Of a DNA stretch of 64,000 bases, positions 57,713 through 64,000 are shown piece by piece. The position numbers and the translations under genes are program-made. The notes under the pieces are model-generated. The model was given only the letters and a program-made list of their open reading frames with translations. It did no database searches and had not been told where the DNA came from. The stretch covers positions 1 to 64,000 of the forward strand of contig NZ_LOPU01000018.1 of NCBI RefSeq assembly GCF_001469955.1, written 5' to 3'. The first letter of the stretch is position 1, and each line of letters opens with the position of its first letter. Source of the stretch: Haloprofundus marisrubri. GTDB taxonomy: Archaea; Halobacteriota; Halobacteria; Halobacteriales; Haloferacaceae.

Positions 57713-58155
57713 ATGACACCCCTTTGAGAAGGGTTTTGACGGCACACACCGATGGTTCGAGCGTGATTCCGACTTCGCACGTCGACATCTTGGAGAAAGA
57801 GTCGTTCGCACACATCGCCACCATCCTTCCCGACGGGACGCCGCAGGTGACGCCGGTGTGGGTCGACCACGACGACCGGGAGGCCATCCTGCTAAACACC
57901 GCTCGTGGCCGGCGAAAAGAGAAGAACATCAAACAGAACCCGAACGTCAGTGTCTCGATTCTCGACCCGGACGACCCGTACCGCTACATCTCCGTCCGCG
58001 GGGAGGCGACGCTCACCGAAGACGGCGCAGTCGACCACATCGACAAACTCGCAAAGAAGTATATGGGCGTCGACGAGTACCCCCACCACGGCGACGAGTC
58101 CGGTCCGCGCGTCATCATCCGTATTCCGGCCGACCACGTCGTCACCAGCGGGTAA
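57713..58155 (+). CDS. pyridoxamine 5'-phosphate oxidase family protein (split-barrel, possibly F420/FMN binding)
   Basis: 'FAHIATILPDGTPQVTPVW' and 'AILLNTARGRRKEKNIKQNPNVSVSILD' match the PPOX-class pattern. ATG at 57713. Confidence 0.7.
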
Positions 58156-58188
58156 GTCGACGGTCGTCGGTGTCACGGTCGACGCCGG

Positions 58189-58401
58189 CTACCGGTGGTC
58201 CGTCTCGGGATTGTCGCCGTGACGGCGGTACCGACCCATGAGACACTGGCAGTCCGGGCAGTGCACTAGTGTCATCCCTGGAAGTTCGTGGCGAACCAGT
58301 TCCTCGGGAGCGTGCTCACTGTGGCAGTGACGACAGGTCGCCATAGCTATTCTATGCTGCGTGCAAGCATAAGTCACGGTTCGCCGATTCCGACTTATCA
58401 T
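58189..58401 (-). CDS. small zinc-ribbon protein
   Basis: 'CRHCHSEH...CPDCQC', four-Cys. The start may be the internal Met (MATCRHC). Confidence 0.4.
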   Translation of the reverse strand: MISRNRRTVTYACTQHRIAMATCRHCHSEHAPEELVRHELPGMTLVHCPDCQCLMGRYRRHGDNPETDHR

Positions 58402-58412
58402 CCAGTACGGTT

Positions 58413-59150
58413 TTGGTGTTTCGGCGTGCAGTCCGAAGTAGTGTGAAAGGACAGGAGTGGTACCAGGCCGACGACGTAGCCCGCGAGTACGACTCGAAGC
58501 GTTTCTCGAAGGGTGGGCGACTCATCGACCACCGCGAGAAGCAGGCCGTGCTGTCGGCGCTCGGACCGGTCGAGGGGAAGAACGTACTCGAAATCGCGTG
58601 TGGCACCGGCCGGTTCACAGTGATGCTCGCCGAACGCGGCGCGGACGTGGTCGGACTCGACATCTCGGCGGCGATGATGGCACAGGGCCGTCAGAAAGCG
58701 CGTAGTGCCGGCGTCGGCGACCGAATCGAGTTCATCCGTGGTGACGCCGCGAGACTGCCGTTTCCGGACGACCATTTCGACGCGGTGATGGCGATGCGGT
58801 TTTTCCACCTCGCGGACACCCCCGCGAAGTTCCTCGCCGAGATGCGTCGCGTCTCGAAGAAACAGGTGTTCTTCGACACGTTCAACAGTTTCAGTACGCG
58901 CGTCGTCTACAACTGGTTGCTCCCGATGGGGTCGCATCTGTACTCCCGGGCGGACGTCGAACGACTGCTCGCCGGTGCCGGCCTCCAACTGGCCGACGAG
59001 TCGCACGACTTCATCCTGCCGTACGGTCTCTACCGGAAGATTCCGAACGGCATCGCGGGTGAACTCCGCGAGTTAGACGAGACGATACGGGACAACGAGT
59101 ACGGCGAAAAACTCTCGTCTGTGTCGTACTGGAACGCGGAAGTCCTGTAG
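58413..59150 (+). CDS. class I SAM-dependent methyltransferase (UbiE/COQ5-like)
   Basis: Motif I 'VLEIACGTGRFT'. Post-I 'VVGLDIS'. Motif II 'FDAVMAMRFFH'. Confidence 0.8.
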   Translation: MVFRRAVRSSVKGQEWYQADDVAREYDSKRFSKGGRLIDHREKQAVLSALGPVEGKNVLEIACGTGRFTVMLAERGADVVGLDISAAMMAQGRQKARSAGVGDRIEFIRGDAARLPFPDDHFDAVMAMRFFHLADTPAKFLAEMRRVSKKQVFFDTFNSFSTRVVYNWLLPMGSHLYSRADVERLLAGAGLQLADESHDFILPYGLYRKIPNGIAGELRELDETIRDNEYGEKLSSVSYWNAEVL

Positions 59151-59167
59151 ACTCCGCTCGCAGCGAC

Positions 59168-59593
59168 TCAGAACTCTTCTTCGATGACTTCGCCGACGGC
59201 GAAGTTCGACTTCACTTCGGTTATCTCTATTTTCACCCGTTCGCCGACTTCGGCGTCGGGGACGATGATGACGTAGCCGCGTTCGACACGGGCGATACCG
59301 TCGCCCTGTTTGCCGATATCCTCGATTTCGACGTACCGTAGTTCACCGACCTCGACCGGCGGTTGCGGTTCATCGGCGTCGGTCGTCGACGACGCCGAGG
59401 ACGTATCGGTCGTCGTCTCGGGTTTCGACTCGCGGGAGATGAGTGCGACACGGTACGTATCGCCCGCTTCGATAGAACCGGTTTCGACCTCTCGACGGGG
59501 GATTTCGACGGTGTAAGAGTCGCCGTCGCTGCGAACCTCCGCACTGAACAGACACAGGAGTTTATCTGAGATTTCCAAGGGAGAGACCTCCAT
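59168..59593 (-). CDS. TRAM domain protein
   Basis: C-terminal 'ELRYVEIEDIGKQGDGIARVERGYVIIVPDAEVGERVKIEITEVK' is a TRAM OB-fold. The N-terminus carries a second, degenerate copy. Confidence 0.75.
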   Translation of the reverse strand: MEVSPLEISDKLLCLFSAEVRSDGDSYTVEIPRREVETGSIEAGDTYRVALISRESKPETTTDTSSASSTTDADEPQPPVEVGELRYVEIEDIGKQGDGIARVERGYVIIVPDAEVGERVKIEITEVKSNFAVGEVIEEEF

Positions 59594-59711
59594 CGTGTGG
59601 GTCGGGTGCTGTCGTTAAAGATGTACCGCCACCAACACTGTTCCGGCGGTTGATACACGAGCGGCCCTGAGCGACCGATTCTACGGGAATCGTCTCGACA
59701 GCCCCGACGAC

Positions 59712-60398
59712 TCAGCGACTCGTGCCGTCCGGTCGCTTCGCCCCTTCGGAGTCGTAGACGACCACTTCACCCGGCGCTCGCTCCACCGGTGCGTAGTTGT
59801 CGCGGACGCCTATCGCCTCCGCTATCTCCCGAACTGCACGCTCTTTGAGCGCCGCTGCGAGTTCTTCGGCCTCCTCACGGGTGATGTCGCGGCCGAGTCC
59901 TTCGCACTCGTGTGCGCGGACCATTCCCTCGCTACCGACGGCCTCGCCCATCGGCTGATTCGTCCCCCCGAGAGCGACCGAAAAGGGGTACGTTCGGCAG
60001 ATGAGTGGCCGGTTGTCGTGGACCGAACACGCGCCCATCCCCTCGTCGTCTTCCTCGTAGAACGTGCAGTCGCCGCAGGCGTCGGTCTGTAGCGCCCACT
60101 CGAACGTCTCGCCTTCGGGTTCGCCGTCGTCGCTCTCGTCACTCTCGACGAGTCCGTACGGCATCGGACGGGCGATATCGCGCCATTCGTAGCGTTCGTC
60201 GGTTTCGCCGTCCAGTTCCCGAATCTCGTCGGGGAACACCGTTGCGGTGTGCGGTTCCTCGTCGCCGTCTTCGGCGGTGTATCCCTTGCAACAAGCCCCG
60301 CACCGAGTGCACTCGAAGCCGATTGACTCGATAGCGTCGGCTAACACGTCGGTGTCGAGCGTTTTCGCTCGCTTCAGTTCGGTTTCGAGCGACTCCAT
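59712..60398 (-). CDS. YkgJ/UPF0153 family putative Fe-S/zinc-binding protein
   Basis: 'CTRCGACC' plus 'CGDC...CSVHDNRPLICRTYPF', characteristic of the UPF0153 cluster-binding family. Confidence 0.7.
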   Translation of the reverse strand: MESLETELKRAKTLDTDVLADAIESIGFECTRCGACCKGYTAEDGDEEPHTATVFPDEIRELDGETDERYEWRDIARPMPYGLVESDESDDGEPEGETFEWALQTDACGDCTFYEEDDEGMGACSVHDNRPLICRTYPFSVALGGTNQPMGEAVGSEGMVRAHECEGLGRDITREEAEELAAALKERAVREIAEAIGVRDNYAPVERAPGEVVVYDSEGAKRPDGTSR

Positions 60399-60454
60399 CT
60401 ATCCGACTCTGCCTCCGAGGCCGACGGTGAAAACGCCGTCGTCCCGCTTCGAGC

Positions 60455-61336
60455 CTACTCCGCGAGCGACGACGCCACCGATTCGACGACGGCGTCGAGT
60501 TCCGGCGTCTCGACGTAGTCGTGCGTCATCGACAGCGGCGAGACGCTCACCGCGCCGTCGACAACTGCGCGCCGGTCGCTGTCTTCGGGGTAGCGCTCGC
60601 GGTGTTCGTCGATGCCCGGCATCGGGTTGCCGAAGCCGACGACGTGCGGCCACGTCTGGTCGACCAGTCGCACCTCTCGGTCTGTCGTCTCCGACTCGGC
60701 CGCATCGACTGTGTCACTCGGTTCACCGCCGTCGGCGGCGGCCGGTTCCGCCTCCTCCACCGACTGCGCGTAGTCGGCCAACACGTGCGTCAGTCGCAGC
60801 GGCGGGGCGTCGATATCGACAGGTGCGTTGACGTTCAATAGGTCCACGTCGTCGAACACCTCGGTTTCCCAGACCTGTTCGAGCAGGTCGCGGGCGACGA
60901 CTGCGGGTCGGACGAACTCGTACTCCTCGCCGGGGTGGCAGTGGAAGTCCTCGGAGTGGTACGCCGAGACGGCGATAGCCGGTGTGCCGAGAAAAGAGGC
61001 TTCGATACCTGCGCCGACGGTTCCCGAGCGCCCGACGACGTAGTTGCCGAGGTTCGGACTGTCGTTGATGCCGGAGACGACGATGTCGAACTCGGTGTCC
61101 AAGCCGCCGCCGAGGCCGAAGGCGACGCAGTCGGCGGGCGTGCCGGCGAGGCGGTAGCCCCACTCGTGGTCGCGGAGCGTCACCGCGCCGTTTCGCGTGC
61201 GGCCCATCCCGCTTTGGTTCTCGTCGGGGGCGATGACCGTCACGTCGGCGACGGCGTCGAGTTCGCGGTACAGCGCCTCGATGCCGGGCGCGTCGATTCC
61301 GTCGTCGTTCGTCAGAAGCACTCGCGGCGTCTGCAT
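60455..61336 (-). CDS. surE: 5'/3'-nucleotidase SurE
   Basis: 'RVLLTNDDGIDAPGI' N-terminus. 'SGINDSPN' motif. Confidence 0.85.
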   Translation of the reverse strand: MQTPRVLLTNDDGIDAPGIEALYRELDAVADVTVIAPDENQSGMGRTRNGAVTLRDHEWGYRLAGTPADCVAFGLGGGLDTEFDIVVSGINDSPNLGNYVVGRSGTVGAGIEASFLGTPAIAVSAYHSEDFHCHPGEEYEFVRPAVVARDLLEQVWETEVFDDVDLLNVNAPVDIDAPPLRLTHVLADYAQSVEEAEPAAADGGEPSDTVDAAESETTDREVRLVDQTWPHVVGFGNPMPGIDEHRERYPEDSDRRAVVDGAVSVSPLSMTHDYVETPELDAVVESVASSLAE

Positions 61337-61438
61337 TCGTTCGGGTCGACGACGGTCCGATACGAATGTCTATCGGTGGGAGCGGTAGGTGCGTCTCGGT
61401 AGCTCACGGGTGGTGTATGGACGAAGAGAGACGGCGGC

Positions 61439-62227
61439 CTACAGCGGCCGAACCTGCTCACCGTCCAACACGACCCGGCCCTCGTGCGCCAGTTTCTCGA
61501 CGTGTGCGACGACCGTCGCCCGTGCCAAATCCTCGACGCCCGTGAGGTCCTTCTCGTAGGCGGCGTCGAGCACGTCGTCTATCGTCGTCGCCCCGTCTCG
61601 AATCGCCGCGAGAACCTTCGTTTCCCGGTCGAGTCGGTGGCGAATCAGCCGTTCGAGCGTCGCTTGCGGGTCGTCGATTTCGGGACCGTGACCCGGCAAC
61701 AGTCGCACCGGGTTCTTCGCTAGCAACCGCCGAAGCGCGGTCAGATACGCCCGTACGTCGCCCTCGGGTGCCCCGACGACGACACTCCCTTCTGCGACGG
61801 CCAAATCGCCGCAGAGAATCCGGTCACCGACGCCGAACGCGACGTGGTCTGCGGCGTGGCCGGGCGTGTCGAACACAGTGACGGGGCCAGCGTCGGTTTC
61901 TATCTTCGTTCCGTCGACGAACGTCCGGTCCGGTTCGATTCCGGTCGCTCGCTCGAATCGCTCCTCGCGCCAACGACGCGCCCACACCGTCGCGCCCGTC
62001 TCGTCGGCGTACTCGGCGACAGCGCCGATGTGGTCGGGATGGGTGTGCGTGACGGCGACGTGTTCGACGTTCGCGTCGGCGACGAGCGAGTCGAGTTCGT
62101 CGGTTCGCGCGGCCGGGTCGACGAGAAGCACGGACTGGTCACCGACGAGATAGGCGTTCGTCGCCCCCGTCGGCGCGCGGGTGGCCACTGGGACGGAGAC
62201 TCGGCGAGTCGTGTCGTCTCTATTCAT
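61439..62227 (-). CDS. MBL-fold metallo-hydrolase with a C-terminal winged-helix-like extension
   Basis: 'VAVTHTHPDHIGA' (HxHxDH) and 'LLPGHGP'. Confidence 0.8.
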   Translation of the reverse strand: MNRDDTTRRVSVPVATRAPTGATNAYLVGDQSVLLVDPAARTDELDSLVADANVEHVAVTHTHPDHIGAVAEYADETGATVWARRWREERFERATGIEPDRTFVDGTKIETDAGPVTVFDTPGHAADHVAFGVGDRILCGDLAVAEGSVVVGAPEGDVRAYLTALRRLLAKNPVRLLPGHGPEIDDPQATLERLIRHRLDRETKVLAAIRDGATTIDDVLDAAYEKDLTGVEDLARATVVAHVEKLAHEGRVVLDGEQVRPL

Positions 62228-63972
62228 CAGTCGGCGCTGCTCGCGTCGCTTCCGCCGCTTCCGCCGCTTCCGCCGTCGCCGACGCTGACGAACTTGGCGA
62301 GCACGTCGTCTACCTCGTCGGCGGCCTCGTACGGTCGGTTGACGATGATGTCGCCGGCTTTCGACTTGCCGAGACCCGGAATCGCGGTCAACTCGTCCAT
62401 CGACGCGCCGTTGACGTCCAGCGGATGCGGTACGCCCGTCACCGAGCGGTAGCCGTAGTCGACGATGGCCGTGTCGATGGTGCGGCCGAGTTCACGCTCG
62501 CCGGGGATACCGACCAAGAGGGGATAGGTACCGAGTTGGCGACCGAACGTCGTGCCGTCCTGGTGGTATTCGAGGTGGACGTTTTCGAGGACCGTGCCGG
62601 GGGGTGCGACGCGCTTGAGCATCGGCCGGTCTATCTCCTCTCTGACCTCCTGTTTGTACTGCTTGAACAGTTTCTTGTGGTCTTTTGCAATCTGGGACCC
62701 CGTCGACGACATCTCGGTGCCGTCGAACGCCATCACCTGCCGGATGTTGATGCGGCGAACCATCAGCCCCTCGTCGTACACCCGCTGAAGGAACCGCTTG
62801 TTGTGCGCGAACGTCTCCTCGCGTTCGCCCATCAAGCCGTGTAGAAGGTTGATTCCGGGCAGGAGTTTGGGGAGTCGATTGGTGGCGTCGTCACCGTACG
62901 TCGGTGCGTCGGCAGGGTCCTCGCCGGGTCGCCACCCACCCTCTTCGTTGACGATTTTGACCGCCTGAAAACACTCTTCGGCGGTGACGTTGAGGTTGTT
63001 CTCCTCCTGCACCACGGGGTCGGCCGATTCGAGGCCGAACGCCGCAGTGTCGCCCGGCGTGTTGTGCTCGGCGATGATTCGGATGCACTCTCGGGACTCC
63101 TCGGGCCACCGTGCGATGGTGATGGGGTTCATGTTGTCGAGGTGCAGCGTCCCCAAGTCGGGCGCTACCTCCCGAATTCCACCGTACAGTCGCCGAAGTG
63201 CGTCCGGGTTTGGTGCTTCGCCGTCGCCCCCGAACGCGAGGATGTCGGCCTGTCGGCCGAGACGGAAGTGGCGCGCACCCCGGTCGTAGAGGTTTTCGAC
63301 CTCTTTGACGACCGAATCGGCGGTTCGGAACGCGGGATTCCCGTACAACGGCTCCGTGCAGAACGAACAGCGGTACGCACAGCCCCGAGAGGTCTCCATC
63401 TCGCAGATGAGGTACTCCGGATGGTTCGGGTGTTGTTCGACGACGAACGCGCCTTTCGCGGCCCAGCGGTCCAGTTCCTCGTTGTCGCGCATCCGGTTAC
63501 CGAAGCCCTCCAACCCGGAGTCGAGGAGGTCGTAGGCGGCCGCTTCGATGTCGCCTTTGGCGACGAAGTCGTAGTCGAGGTCCTTGCGCTCCATATCCTG
63601 ACCGCCGGCGTTCTCCTCGCCGACGCCGAAGCGGATGGGGCCGCCCATGAGCGTCGTTCCGTCGGCGGTCCACGCCAGTTCCCGGACCTCCTCGGGTTCG
63701 GCGGGCGTCCCGCCGACGTAGCTGCCGGGGACGGTCATGCCGCCGATATAGACGAACAGGTCCGCGTCGGCGACGTCGGCCCACTTCTGTCTATCCTCGC
63801 GGAGTTCGTCGATAGTGTGGTACGTAATCTGTTCTTCGGGTACCCCGGCGTCGACCATCGCACCGGCGGTAAAACGGGGATACGTCGAGATGTACGGCGG
63901 CACGCCGAAGTGTGCCGGTTCGTCGACGTACCCGTCGACGAGCGTCACCTGAAGGTCGGCGGGGTCGGTCAT
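62227..63972 (-). CDS. radical SAM protein with an N-terminal B12-binding-like domain and a C-terminal HhH motif plus Gly/Ser tail
   Basis: 'CAYRCSFC' CxxxCxxC. C-terminal 'ELTAIPGLGKSKAGDII' (HhH). A (GSG)n tail is encoded by gcttccgcc repeats at the 3' end. Confidence 0.8.
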   Translation of the reverse strand: MTDPADLQVTLVDGYVDEPAHFGVPPYISTYPRFTAGAMVDAGVPEEQITYHTIDELREDRQKWADVADADLFVYIGGMTVPGSYVGGTPAEPEEVRELAWTADGTTLMGGPIRFGVGEENAGGQDMERKDLDYDFVAKGDIEAAAYDLLDSGLEGFGNRMRDNEELDRWAAKGAFVVEQHPNHPEYLICEMETSRGCAYRCSFCTEPLYGNPAFRTADSVVKEVENLYDRGARHFRLGRQADILAFGGDGEAPNPDALRRLYGGIREVAPDLGTLHLDNMNPITIARWPEESRECIRIIAEHNTPGDTAAFGLESADPVVQEENNLNVTAEECFQAVKIVNEEGGWRPGEDPADAPTYGDDATNRLPKLLPGINLLHGLMGEREETFAHNKRFLQRVYDEGLMVRRINIRQVMAFDGTEMSSTGSQIAKDHKKLFKQYKQEVREEIDRPMLKRVAPPGTVLENVHLEYHQDGTTFGRQLGTYPLLVGIPGERELGRTIDTAIVDYGYRSVTGVPHPLDVNGASMDELTAIPGLGKSKAGDIIVNRPYEAADEVDDVLAKFVSVGDGGSGGSGGSDASSAD

Positions 63973-64000
63973 AGCCCCGGGTTGTCGGTCGACGGGTAAA

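Overview
This is a high-GC (roughly 65%), gene-dense haloarchaeal chromosomal window, judged by eye to be Haloferax-like. The basis is acidic proteins, a PGF-CTERM surface protein, a HalOD1 domain protein, TFB, a thermosome and archaeal-type CoA and shikimate enzymes. It holds about 65 mostly housekeeping genes on both strands. Named examples are topA, GGGP synthase, an Lrp regulator, aspS, pantoate kinase plus phosphopantothenate synthetase, a Xi-class GST, aroD, a beta-class DNA methyltransferase, trkH, tfb, an AglD-like glycosyltransferase, a stomatin/NfeD pair, pyruvate kinase, metG, mfnA, ppsA, aroB'/aroA', trpCBA, lonB, nadM, thermosome, surE and a radical SAM protein. I found no rRNA, tRNA, CRISPR array, IS element or integrase by eye. 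Long antisense ORFs in the track are the usual stop-free reverse frames of a high-GC genome and are not called. The standout is a low-GC islet of about 1.1 kb (2650-3740), wedged between topA and the GGGP synthase gene. It carries one gene fusing an N-terminal PUA-like/EVE-type domain to a C-terminal HNH nuclease. That architecture is predicted for modification-dependent (type IV-like) restriction enzymes, and it looks horizontally acquired. Secondary curiosities: an orphan DNA methyltransferase beside aroD; an MGMT-family protein whose active-site Cys is replaced by Asp; a CPBP-protease/LonB/tandem small-membrane-paralog cluster; a Thr/Pro-repeat PGF-CTERM surface protein; an AT-rich 343-bp intergenic region with hairpins; and a nadM-DUF62-TRIC operon with overlapping start and stop codons.
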